Below, piece after piece: positions 53,487 to 62,148 of a stretch of DNA of 64,000 nt. The DNA lies in NCBI GenBank assembly GCA_964434575.1, contig CAYSWB010000003.1:57266-121265 (forward strand), given 5' to 3'. The notes beneath the pieces are model-generated. The model did no database searches, had not been told where the DNA came from, and saw only the letters and a list, made by a program, of their open reading frames with translations. Source of the stretch: an uncultured Candidatus Peribacteria bacterium (GTDB taxonomy: Bacteria > Patescibacteriota > Gracilibacteria > Peribacterales > Peribacteraceae). The stretch's first letter is position 1, and each line of letters opens with the position of its first letter. The position numbers were made by a program, and so were the translations under genes.

Positions 53487-53714
53487 CTAGCCCAATAGAA
53501 GCCTCCACCCCGCCAAACAGAACGGAATGGTGGCCAGGATGCCTGCGCCTCCCAGGACAAGGCAGCGCAAGCCCACGATGCGCTGTCGCTCGATGGGCAG
53601 GCTCCGAAAAACGCCGTAGAGCAGGAAAACTCCCATCAGTCCCAAGATGGAGAAGAATACGTGGACATGGAACATGTAGAGCATGGCGATGTCATGCGAG
53701 GTGGCCTGCATCAC
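53487..53714 (-). CDS. small two-TM membrane protein
   Basis: 75-aa ORF with two hydrophobic spans. Weak support only. Confidence 0.4.
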   Translation of the reverse strand: MMQATSHDIAMLYMFHVHVFFSILGLMGVFLLYGVFRSLPIERQRIVGLRCLVLGGAGILATIPFCLAGWRLLLG

Positions 53715-53768
53715 GGGCGGGGTGGGAAGGACGCATATGATGACGCCGCTGATGCTTTGATCTTACGC

Positions 53769-54440
53769 TTACCAGAACTTCCAGCGCGGCTTCTGCAGCA
53801 TCGCCTTCACGGCGGAGAAAGCCCGGTCGATGTCCTTTTCTGGGCACAGGAACGTGAGTTCCGCGAAGCCGGTGACCAGCTGGGTGAAACCGATCCCCTT
53901 CCACGCCAGCGTTTGAAAGAAGGGATAATAGATACCGGGCTGATCCACGATGGAATGATGGAATCGGATGCTGAGCGACGCCAGGCCGTCGAAGCGCTTG
54001 ATGAGCTTCTCCCCCGCCGTAAGCTGCTTCAGCCTTTCTTCCAGGGATTCGCTGACGATGATGCCGGTGTCGACCGTACCTCGCGCCATAGAGACGATGG
54101 TGTCGTCGTCTCCGCCCGCCAGCTGCAGCAGCTTGCCCTGTATCCTGTGCAATTCGGCCGAGTTCTTGAACGCGTGCTGGACCAAGTTGGAATGCACGGT
54201 GATCCCCCGCACGACCGATGACGCATGCAGCTTGGAGCGGCCCGATGTGCTTCCTTTTTCCAATTTCTTGAGAGCCATGATGATGGCTCCCTCGGTAAAC
54301 GAGCGCGCGTGCATACTCTCCAGATCGGGCTTGAGCTTCCGGGCGACGGCGGAGTAGTTCACGATACCCTCCGACAACGCTTCGGCGAGAAACGGGGATT
54401 GGGCAAGGATGAGCTGGACGGATTCGGTGACGGTGCGCAT
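53769..54440 (-). CDS. uncharacterised protein with C-terminal ACT-like domain
   Basis: 223 aa. The last ~70 aa (LSIRFHHSIVDQPGIYYPFFQTLAWKGIGFTQLVTGFAELTFLCPEKDIDRAFSAV) look like an ACT-type ligand-binding fold. Confidence 0.5.
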   Translation of the reverse strand: MRTVTESVQLILAQSPFLAEALSEGIVNYSAVARKLKPDLESMHARSFTEGAIIMALKKLEKGSTSGRSKLHASSVVRGITVHSNLVQHAFKNSAELHRIQGKLLQLAGGDDDTIVSMARGTVDTGIIVSESLEERLKQLTAGEKLIKRFDGLASLSIRFHHSIVDQPGIYYPFFQTLAWKGIGFTQLVTGFAELTFLCPEKDIDRAFSAVKAMLQKPRWKFW

Positions 54441-54582
54441 AGGTAAAAGAAGATGATTTTAAAATAACGAAATATTCGTAAAATTACAACTTTTACTTAT
54501 AAATTTTTAAATATTTATCATTATTTTGATCTTTCAAGGCCTATGGATAATTTTTTGCCATTATTTTTTTCTCCAAATTTTT

Positions 54583-54873
54583 ATGGGATTCTTTCTTGGA
54601 CAACCTCAGGACGACTGGGATGACGAGCCAGTTCCTCCTAGTGCCGAGCAATTGCGCATCGCCTCGTTGGAGCGTGCTCTTGAAGATGTCCGTCAGACAT
54701 TGCATGCATGCGTGCATTCGCTGGCGTATCCGCACATGCTCGAAACCGTGGCAAGGTTCGGGCCCCAGCAACCCGAAGGCGTGATGCAAGGCCGCGAAAT
54801 CTTCCGGGCTCACATTGAAGCCATGCTCAAGAAGGCGGTGACACAGATCAGCACCATCTTGAATGACCGCTAA
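54583..54873 (+). CDS. hypothetical protein (96 aa)
   Basis: This is the first in-frame ATG of track ORF 54526-54873, whose TTG start lies in AT-rich DNA. Helical and acidic N-terminus. Confidence 0.45.
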   Translation: MGFFLGQPQDDWDDEPVPPSAEQLRIASLERALEDVRQTLHACVHSLAYPHMLETVARFGPQQPEGVMQGREIFRAHIEAMLKKAVTQISTILNDR

Positions 54874-54960
54874 GGCCACTCGGGCAACGTTGCGGAACGT
54901 CACTCGGTCAATACAGTCATTGCTGCTGTTCCGTCACCGCCGACCTGCTATCCTCCATGC

Positions 54961-55512
54961 ATGCTCGAATTCGTCCTGTTGATGGTGCCGATCATCGGCA
55001 TCATGGCGTTCGGCGGCAATCCTGCCGTGCAATGGGTCGCCATTGCCGCCCTGCTCATCTGCTTGCCAGGACTGCTGGTCATGCGAGGCGGTGCTCCGTA
55101 CGTGGCAACGCCGCAGAAAATCATGGACGCCATGCTGCGCCTGGCCAAGATCAAACCCGGTGAAACGGTAGTGGACGCTGGATGCGGCGACGGACGCATG
55201 GTATTCGCTGCGGCGGCATTGGGTGCCAAGGGCATCGGATACGAGATGTCGGTGCCGACGTTCCTGGTCGCGAAAATCCGTTCTCTTTTCCACAAAAACT
55301 CCACAATCGAGTTCAAGAACCTCTGGACGCAGAATTACCGCAACACAGATGTGATCTTCTGCTATTTGCTCACGGACACCATGCGCAAATTCCAGCAGAC
55401 CGTTTGGCCCACGCTCAAACCCGGAACGCGCGTCGTTTCCCATGCGTTCAAGTTCAAAGACCTTCCGCCGGATGCCGAGGACGGCGGCGCGCTCCTCTAC
55501 ATTAAGAAATAA
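54961..55512 (+). CDS. class I SAM-dependent methyltransferase with N-terminal TM segment
   Basis: ETVVDAGCGDGRMVFAAAALGAKGIGYEMS (motif I). TGCTATCCT (hexamer 54949-54954) lies 6 nt before the ATG. Confidence 0.85.
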   Translation: MLEFVLLMVPIIGIMAFGGNPAVQWVAIAALLICLPGLLVMRGGAPYVATPQKIMDAMLRLAKIKPGETVVDAGCGDGRMVFAAAALGAKGIGYEMSVPTFLVAKIRSLFHKNSTIEFKNLWTQNYRNTDVIFCYLLTDTMRKFQQTVWPTLKPGTRVVSHAFKFKDLPPDAEDGGALLYIKK

Positions 55513-55516
55513 TCGC

Positions 55517-55780
55517 ATGCTCAACCGCACCCGCCATTGGCTCGGGCTCTGGAACGAACTGAAGGTCTTTTTTGCGGCCGCCACGCATCCCAAGACTCCC
55601 CTGCCCGCCAAGCTGCTTCTTGGCGCCGCGATCGTCTACGTCATGGTGCCGCTGGACGTGCTGCCGGACGTGCTGCCCATCATCGGCCAAACCGATGATC
55701 TCATCGCGCTGGTCACGGCCGGACTGGCGCTCCTACGCATGACCCAGTCCGTGCGGAACAAGATCCGAAAGCCGGCGTAA
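55517..55780 (+). CDS. DUF1232 (YkvA-like) membrane protein
   Basis: GAAIVYVMVPLDVLPDVLPIIGQTDDLIALV is the family signature. Confidence 0.85.
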   Translation: MLNRTRHWLGLWNELKVFFAAATHPKTPLPAKLLLGAAIVYVMVPLDVLPDVLPIIGQTDDLIALVTAGLALLRMTQSVRNKIRKPA

Positions 55781-55781
55781 A

Positions 55782-56042
55782 TCACTTGCCGCCCCAGCGC
55801 CAACGGGCCGGTTCGCCTTTTTCGTGGCAAATCCACAGCAAGATGCATGTCAGGATGATGGCGTAATTGATGAATAGCCAGGCGAAGGTGGTCTCCCGGA
55901 TGTCGGGCATGTCGAACCAGGAAACGGCGGCCGTGGGCGCGGACAGCAACGCGACGAATCCGAGCGTGACTGCCCATCCCTGGCAGGTGACGGGATACCA
56001 GCCGTAGCCGTACCGCTTCGCGGCGAACCAGACTTTTGGCAT
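55782..56042 (-). CDS. small membrane protein
   Basis: Start at MPKVWFAAKRYGYGWYPVTCQGW, followed by two TM spans. Confidence 0.55.
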   Translation of the reverse strand: MPKVWFAAKRYGYGWYPVTCQGWAVTLGFVALLSAPTAAVSWFDMPDIRETTFAWLFINYAIILTCILLWICHEKGEPARWRWGGK

Positions 56043-56437
56043 ATGCGGGAGAAAGAATGGCAAATTTCGTGTGCCGGCCGGCACGCTTGCACGCGCCGGC
56101 CGGCTGCTTTCCACATCGCCGCCCCGCAGGCCCCACGCACGACGGGACGGAGTGGCATCGAGAATGGATTTCCGGCGCTGTGCATGCCGGACATTCCTTG
56201 TGACGCATGGACGGGCGTTTTCTTACGCATGATGGACATCTCCGAAATCGGACATAAAATAAATGCCTGTAAAGTTGTTATTTTTTACAACACTCAAAAT
56301 ACCAATGATGGAAAAAGCCGTTCAAACGGTGCCCGAAGCACGGTTGGAACGTCGAACAGCCCCCTCGGGACTTCCCGGGTGAGCTTGCCGGTTTACATCC
56401 GGGCGACTATCAAAGGGCATCACTCGTTTTCACGCCC

Positions 56438-57736
56438 ATGTTCCTCGAGAATTTCAAAACCATCATCGGCATCACCGGCGCCATGCTCCGGCTGGACAAC
56501 GAAGACCAAGCCGTCTTTCGCACGCCGCAAGCCGTTCACAGGTCAGAACTGCGCCTGGTGCGCGATGACGGCACGGTGGAAACCTGCGGCGCATACCGTG
56601 CGCAGTTCAACAACGCGCGCGGTCCGTTCAAGGGCGGCATCCGATTCCATGCGGACGTATCGGAAGAGGAAGTGGTTGCGCTGGCGGCACTCATGGCGAT
56701 CAAGACCGCAGTGGTGGACATTCCGTTCGGCGGCGGCAAGGGCGCCGTGCGCTGTTCTCCGCAGTCACTTTCGCCTGGTGAGCGCCAGCGGCTCTCGCGC
56801 GAATACGTCCGCGCGTTCGCGCCGCATCTGGGACCGCTGAAAGATTGTCCGGCGCCCGACGTGAACACGAATCCCGAAATCATGGGCTGGATGCGCGACG
56901 AGTACGAACGCCTGACGGGAACGTTCTCGCCCGCATGCATCACGGGCAAACCCCTGTCGCTCGGCGGGATCGTTGGTCGCGATACGGCCACAGCCCGCGG
57001 CGGATTCTTCATCCTGGAGTCGTTGCTGGCGGCCGAAAAACGTCAGGCGAAAGACATCCGGGTCGCCATCCAGGGTTTCGGCAACGTCGGCGGCAACATG
57101 GCCGCCCAGCTGCACGAGGCCGGGTACACCATCGTCGGCATCGCGGACGTGCATGGCGGCTGGCACTCGGAGAAAGGACTGCATCCCCGAAAGCTTCATG
57201 AGCTGCGGGCCCGCACCGGCAGCATCACCGGGGTGGACATGGACGCACAGTCCTGGGTGACGCGCGCCGAACGCATCGATAACGCCCAGCTGCTCTCGCT
57301 CCCCTGCGACGTGCTCATTCCGGCCGCCATCGAGAACGTGATCACCGAAACGAATGCGGACGATATCCGCGCACGGTACGTGCTGGAACTGGCCAACGGA
57401 CCCGTCACGGCCGGAGCGGACAGGCTGCTGGAAAACCGCGGCATCGGCGTGATCCCGGACATCCTCGCCAATGCCGGCGGCGTGACGGTAAGCTACTTCG
57501 AATGGCTGCAGGGCATGTCGGGGCATCGCTGGGACGAACAAAGCGTCGACGAAGAACTGCGGCGCATCATGTTGCGCGCCTGGGACGGCGTCGTACTGCG
57601 TTCACGCTCTTCCGACATGTCCTACAGGCACAGTGCGTTCGCCACCGGCATGGAACGCATCCTGGCGGCGATGCACGCGCGCGGCAGGACATCTGCGAAG
57701 CCGCACGCCCGGCTGCAGCCGGCGCTTGCCGCCTGA
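56438..57736 (+). CDS. gdh: Glu/Leu/Phe/Val dehydrogenase family, glutamate dehydrogenase-like
   Basis: 432 aa. NNARGPFKGGIRFH, IPFGGGKGAV and a Rossmann GFGNVGG. Confidence 0.9.
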   Translation: MFLENFKTIIGITGAMLRLDNEDQAVFRTPQAVHRSELRLVRDDGTVETCGAYRAQFNNARGPFKGGIRFHADVSEEEVVALAALMAIKTAVVDIPFGGGKGAVRCSPQSLSPGERQRLSREYVRAFAPHLGPLKDCPAPDVNTNPEIMGWMRDEYERLTGTFSPACITGKPLSLGGIVGRDTATARGGFFILESLLAAEKRQAKDIRVAIQGFGNVGGNMAAQLHEAGYTIVGIADVHGGWHSEKGLHPRKLHELRARTGSITGVDMDAQSWVTRAERIDNAQLLSLPCDVLIPAAIENVITETNADDIRARYVLELANGPVTAGADRLLENRGIGVIPDILANAGGVTVSYFEWLQGMSGHRWDEQSVDEELRRIMLRAWDGVVLRSRSSDMSYRHSAFATGMERILAAMHARGRTSAKPHARLQPALAA

Positions 57737-57738
57737 AG

Positions 57739-58401
57739 TCAGAACGAACAGCCGAAGCGGCCCAGGTTTCTGCTCTGGACGGCGAACAGGATGCCGTGCA
57801 GCCATGTCGAAGGATTCTTTGTCGGCAAGACGTACAACGACAGGTCGAACATCTTCAGCTGAGCTCCGCTGGGCGTGTCCACCACGCCCAAATTGGCGAT
57901 GTACGCTTGGTCGCGGAGGATGCGCCTGCTGTCCCATCCCATGAAATCGAACCACAATCCGGTGTCGTCCATGAGCCTGCGGTTCGCCCGGAGGATGTCC
58001 TTCAGTTGCGGTTCAAGCTCCGGATGTTTCTTGTACTCGTCCAGCGTCAGCACGCGCATGCTCAGGCGTTCCTGGATCATGTAGAAGCGCTTGCCTTTGA
58101 TATCTGCGACCAATTCCGTGGTCACGACCCGGTCGCTGAAGTACTTCAGACACAGCGCGACGTGCTCCGACATCTCGGCAGGCGACTGGGTGAAAACAGG
58201 GCTGATCGCCATCGAGAAAAAATCCGACCGCGTCTTGGCGCGGGGGTATTTGATCACCATGCGCGGAGCACCTCCGGGCATTTCGTACGCGCGGACGACG
58301 TTCTGGGCGCCCATGCCGACGAGCCCTCCGACCGACGACAACCGGACCTCCGGAAACCACCGGATGAAGTACTGCCGCTCACCGAACGTGAGATGTTTCA
58401 C
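57739..58401 (-). CDS. small protein-kinase-like-fold candidate, paralog A
   Basis: 220 aa with a GTG start. TAGGAT (58408-58413) lies 6 nt upstream. VGMGAQNVVRAY...RMVIKY, FDFMGWD and LKMFDLSL align with paralog B. Confidence 0.6.
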   Translation of the reverse strand: MKHLTFGERQYFIRWFPEVRLSSVGGLVGMGAQNVVRAYEMPGGAPRMVIKYPRAKTRSDFFSMAISPVFTQSPAEMSEHVALCLKYFSDRVVTTELVADIKGKRFYMIQERLSMRVLTLDEYKKHPELEPQLKDILRANRRLMDDTGLWFDFMGWDSRRILRDQAYIANLGVVDTPSGAQLKMFDLSLYVLPTKNPSTWLHGILFAVQSRNLGRFGCSF

Positions 58402-58436
58402 GCGGGCATCCTAACGGATCGTGCACGGATTATCGA

Positions 58437-59186
58437 CTATGCCGTGAGGTCGAACTCCGCGCGTTGCACCATGCGATGATTGTTGCGCTGGTTCGAATAG
58501 TATCCGCCGGCGTGCGCGATGCCGCTGAGCGAAAACTCCGGCGTGTGCATGAGCGTGAGATCGAAAATCTTCAGCCCAGGCAACGACACGCCGGTTTCAG
58601 ACTGCTCCCAGACCACGGCTACGTTGCCCATCGCGACCTGGTCGCAAAGCACGCGCCAGATGTCCCAACCCTGGAAGTCGAAAAAGCGCCGCTTGTCCAT
58701 CTGCAGCTTCTTGTCCTGCTCGATCATGTGCTTCAGCTCCTGCAGCAGGTGAGGAAAACGAACGCACAGTTCGGGCGTGAGCATCTCCATCTCCAGCTTC
58801 TGCTGCAACATGCAGTACGACGCCTTGTCGCGCGTGCTGCGGATGATCTTGGGCACGACGACGGCGTCACCGAAATACTCCAGGCACGTGTCGGCATCTT
58901 CCCGCGCCTGGTCGTACGTGGCGGTGAAGAGCGGGCTGACGAACATGGACATGGGATCACGCCGGGCGTCTTTGCGCAGCAATTTCAGCACTCCCCTGCG
59001 CGTGCCTTCCATGGCGTTCGCGGCATAAGCGATGACCTGGTCCGTGACGTAGGCCACCTTTTCGATGCCCGTGCCGAGATGCTTTCCGACCTTGTGCGGA
59101 TCGATGGCGGGATAGTGCTGCGTGATGTGCCGATGTTCGTGCTGGGTAAGCATGGAACGTAAAAATGGTGAAGTACGATTATCCAT
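58437..59186 (-). CDS. small protein-kinase-like-fold candidate, paralog B
   Basis: 249 aa. LGTGIEKVAYV...GVLKLL, CLEYFGD, FDFQGWD and LKIFDLTL. Confidence 0.6.
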   Translation of the reverse strand: MDNRTSPFLRSMLTQHEHRHITQHYPAIDPHKVGKHLGTGIEKVAYVTDQVIAYAANAMEGTRRGVLKLLRKDARRDPMSMFVSPLFTATYDQAREDADTCLEYFGDAVVVPKIIRSTRDKASYCMLQQKLEMEMLTPELCVRFPHLLQELKHMIEQDKKLQMDKRRFFDFQGWDIWRVLCDQVAMGNVAVVWEQSETGVSLPGLKIFDLTLMHTPEFSLSGIAHAGGYYSNQRNNHRMVQRAEFDLTA

Positions 59187-59209
59187 ATTCCGTCCAGCAT
59201 GTCAATGCT

Positions 59210-59947
59210 CTACGGGCGGTTTTTCCTGTTGCCCATCGCCAAATACGATGCCCGTTCATCTGGAGTAAATTTCTCGATGGCATAGCGCAGCATGGTCCTG
59301 GGCATGCGGTCGCCGTTGCGTCGGAGGAAGCGTTCCAAGGCTGCCTTGTCGCGCTTTCCCGCCTCGCGGAGCATCCAACCGCAGGCCTTGTGCATCAGGT
59401 CGTGCTTGTGCGTCAGGAACTTCTCGGACAACCGGAAAATATCCCGCAAGTCGCCACGCCGGATGAACGCCAGCGTGGATACCACCGCGACCCGCTCGCG
59501 CCACAGGTGGCCGGATGCGGCCAGCTTGTCGAGGATGCCACGCGGCTTGTCGGCCAGGTATTCGCCCAGGATGCGGTACGCCGACGCGTCGACGATGTCC
59601 CAGTTGTTGACGCGGTCGAGCTGCGAAACGTAGAAATCGACGATGTCCTTGCGGATAGCTTCGCCGGCTTTGGTAAATTGCGCGTCGAGGATGAGCACCG
59701 CCGCCAGACGGCACTCGTGCAATTCGTCGTCCAGGAGCTTCTTTACTTCAGGCAACGGCAGTCCGCGATGTTCCTTCACGATGGCGCGGACTTGCGGCAC
59801 CGTCACTCCCATGAAGACGTCGCCTTCGGCGTACTCCCCTTTTCCCGCCTTGAAGAACTTGGCAAAGAACGCCGCTTTGGCCGGATCCGAAGACCCGGCC
59901 AAAGCTCGGCGCACGGAAACGGCGGTATCAGGCGGATTCTTTGCCAT
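59210..59947 (-). CDS. DNA alkylation repair protein (AlkD/AlkC-like HEAT-repeat family)
   Basis: FFAKFFKAGKGEYAEGDVFMGV, NNWDIVDASA, LWRERVAVVSTLAFI and KACGWMLREAGKRD. Confidence 0.85.
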   Translation of the reverse strand: MAKNPPDTAVSVRRALAGSSDPAKAAFFAKFFKAGKGEYAEGDVFMGVTVPQVRAIVKEHRGLPLPEVKKLLDDELHECRLAAVLILDAQFTKAGEAIRKDIVDFYVSQLDRVNNWDIVDASAYRILGEYLADKPRGILDKLAASGHLWRERVAVVSTLAFIRRGDLRDIFRLSEKFLTHKHDLMHKACGWMLREAGKRDKAALERFLRRNGDRMPRTMLRYAIEKFTPDERASYLAMGNRKNRP

Positions 59948-61241
59948 ACCAATCGACCTTGCGGGTCACGTACATGACCGTCGCCAGGATGACGAACAGG
60001 ATGATGGCGCCGAACAAGAGCGCGTAGTCTTCGATTTGCAGGAGGAGATAGAGGTAGCCGTACAGCACCGCCAGCAGAACGCCGACGCTGGTGCCGAACT
60101 TCTTATGACGCAGCACCGAGACGCTGTAGCCGCTGACGAGCGCCACCGTGGCGACCGCCGACAGCAAGTATGCCGGCAGGAAGCCGACATGCTCGGACAA
60201 TGAGAGGAGCAGGAGGTAGAAGATGGAAAGCGCCGCTCCGACCAGGATGTACTGGAACGGGTGGACGCGTTCGGTATGCAAGACCTCGACGAGGAACAGT
60301 ACCAGGAAGGTCAGGCCGATGAAGAGGATGGCGTACTTGATGGCTCGGTCAACCAGCGTGTAGAAGTCGGTGGTCTCCAGCAGCTTCACGCCGAAGCTCG
60401 GACCGGGAGTCTGGCCGTGCGTCTGGTACCCGTATTCGTCATACGCGGGAACCGCAGGCGCGGTTCCGCTGCCGGCCCACCACGAAGAAACCGTCCAATC
60501 GGACGTGAAACCCTCCGGAGTGATCTCGTACCGGGCGGGCAGCACTCCTCCGATGAAACTCGGCGTAGTCCACGGCGAAGACATGCTGACGTTCATCGTC
60601 TTTCCGGACGGCATGAATTCAAGCGATTCGGTGCCGTGAAGCTTGAGCACGTAGCTGAACGGCGTTCCCGCCGCCGGAACGGCGCCAAGCGGCGCGCTGA
60701 TGGCGGAAGAGCCGTACTGCGAAGCGGCCGGAGCGAACGTGACCTTGCGACCGCCCATATCCAGCTGCGGCTGTTCGACGAGGCCGCGGAGATCCGTGAC
60801 GCCGGTGTCCAGCGTGACGCGCTCGGGCAGAATGCGGCCCTCGACTTGCGCGGCCGCGATCACCCCGCTCATGCGCACTTCGGCGGTGTAGACCGGCACG
60901 CGGAAGATGCCGCGGTACCGGATTTCGGTGTCCACCTTCACGTCCACCGTGACGGATTCGGGCGCGACGGCGTTGTCGACGGTTTGGTCCACGAGCACGC
61001 CCTTCTCGTCGCGCACTTTCACGACCGACGGGACATGCAGCGTGGGCGCGGCGACCAGTTGTGCCGCTCCCCACTTGGACGAAATTTCATTGATGGCTTC
61101 GTATTGGCGATTCTGCCGCTCGGATACCAGGCCGTACACCAGCAAGCTGGGAACGTAGCACAGCAGTACCAGGAAACCGACCAGGAACATCTTGAAACTC
61201 ACGCTCATGGATCGCTGCATGGCAGGGAGGGGAAATGACAT
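59928..61241 (-). CDS. creD: cell-envelope integrity inner membrane protein CreD
   Basis: SERQNRQYEAINEISSKWGAAQ and a C-terminal cluster of TM helices. Start at MSFPLPAM, supported by TGCTATCCT (hexamer 61251-61256) 9 nt upstream. The longer track ORF would overlap trmB. Confidence 0.8.
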   Translation of the reverse strand: MSFPLPAMQRSMSVSFKMFLVGFLVLLCYVPSLLVYGLVSERQNRQYEAINEISSKWGAAQLVAAPTLHVPSVVKVRDEKGVLVDQTVDNAVAPESVTVDVKVDTEIRYRGIFRVPVYTAEVRMSGVIAAAQVEGRILPERVTLDTGVTDLRGLVEQPQLDMGGRKVTFAPAASQYGSSAISAPLGAVPAAGTPFSYVLKLHGTESLEFMPSGKTMNVSMSSPWTTPSFIGGVLPARYEITPEGFTSDWTVSSWWAGSGTAPAVPAYDEYGYQTHGQTPGPSFGVKLLETTDFYTLVDRAIKYAILFIGLTFLVLFLVEVLHTERVHPFQYILVGAALSIFYLLLLSLSEHVGFLPAYLLSAVATVALVSGYSVSVLRHKKFGTSVGVLLAVLYGYLYLLLQIEDYALLFGAIILFVILATVMYVTRKVDWYGKESA

Positions 61242-61306
61242 GGAGAAACCAGGATAGCAGAAAAACGCCGATGCAAAAACGGTGCTATTTCGGCTTCCCG
61301 CTGCGG

Positions 61307-62056
61307 CTACTTGGCACTTGCATTGGACCACAGTTCATTGAACACCGCCTGTTGGGTGGCAGCCAGCGAGTGGCTGACGATGACCGTGGCGCAAACCTGG
61401 TTGTCGCCGCACGCGATCATGTACAGCTGGTCGTCCGCGATGATGGTATCGGAAGGGAAGGACATGCCCTCCGGAAGCAGGCGGATCTGGTGTCGCGCGC
61501 TGGCATACTTCTTCTTGTAGCGCGTCGCTTCTTCGCAGCGCACCAGGAGTTCGCGCACCTTCACGCCGGAACCCGCGACCATCTTCGCCAGGCTCTCGTA
61601 ATGACTCGGCATGACCTCATGCAGCGCTTCGGGGTTCATGAGGGCGCAGAAATCCCGCTGCATGCGCACCAGCCCGTCATACATCTTGGATACGGCCTTC
61701 TTTCCTTCGATGAAGCGCACGGTGGGCGTGATGCTCAGCGCGTTCTCCAGTTTCATCAGCTCCGGCAGCTTGGCCTCAAGCGCCTCCGCGGCAAGCGCGA
61801 TCTGCCGTTGCTGGCCGTACAACATGTCGGGCATGGAATGCACGGGGATGGCTTTGACGTAGCGGATGCCGGCGCGCTCGAACGCCTGCACGAAGCCGGA
61901 CTGCTCCAGGCGCTCCAGGATGAAGTACATGGACGACCGCGGGACCCCCGCGTGGCGCGCGATGACGCTCACCGGCTGAGCACCGAGTTCGATGAGCTTC
62001 AGCAGCACCGACGATTCCTTGTCGGAAAAGCCGAATGGAGCGAATATGTCGCGCAT
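61307..62056 (-). CDS. TrmB-family transcriptional regulator
   Basis: FGFSDKESSVLLKLIELGAQPVSVIARHAGVPRSSMYFILERLEQSGFV (TrmB wHTH) plus a C-terminal effector-like domain. Confidence 0.85.
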   Translation of the reverse strand: MRDIFAPFGFSDKESSVLLKLIELGAQPVSVIARHAGVPRSSMYFILERLEQSGFVQAFERAGIRYVKAIPVHSMPDMLYGQQRQIALAAEALEAKLPELMKLENALSITPTVRFIEGKKAVSKMYDGLVRMQRDFCALMNPEALHEVMPSHYESLAKMVAGSGVKVRELLVRCEEATRYKKKYASARHQIRLLPEGMSFPSDTIIADDQLYMIACGDNQVCATVIVSHSLAATQQAVFNELWSNASAK

Positions 62057-62148
62057 GAAAATTGTTGAGAAAGGCAGACAGAATAACTGTATTTTATCTA
62101 TTAATCAAGTCCTGCTGCCAAAATGTAACTGTCCTTTGCTTTCGTCAG

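Noticed and set aside
56240-56437. Riboswitch (for example glutamine-type) in the gdh leader
   Set aside because: I could not match any riboswitch consensus from memory. Only generic hairpins are present. It is kept as a low-interest leader/uORF observation instead.
61242-61331. N-terminal 30-codon extension of the creD ORF
   Set aside because: It would overlap the 3' end of the TrmB-family gene. An extended -10 (TGCTATCCT) sits 9 nt upstream of the internal ATG at 61241.
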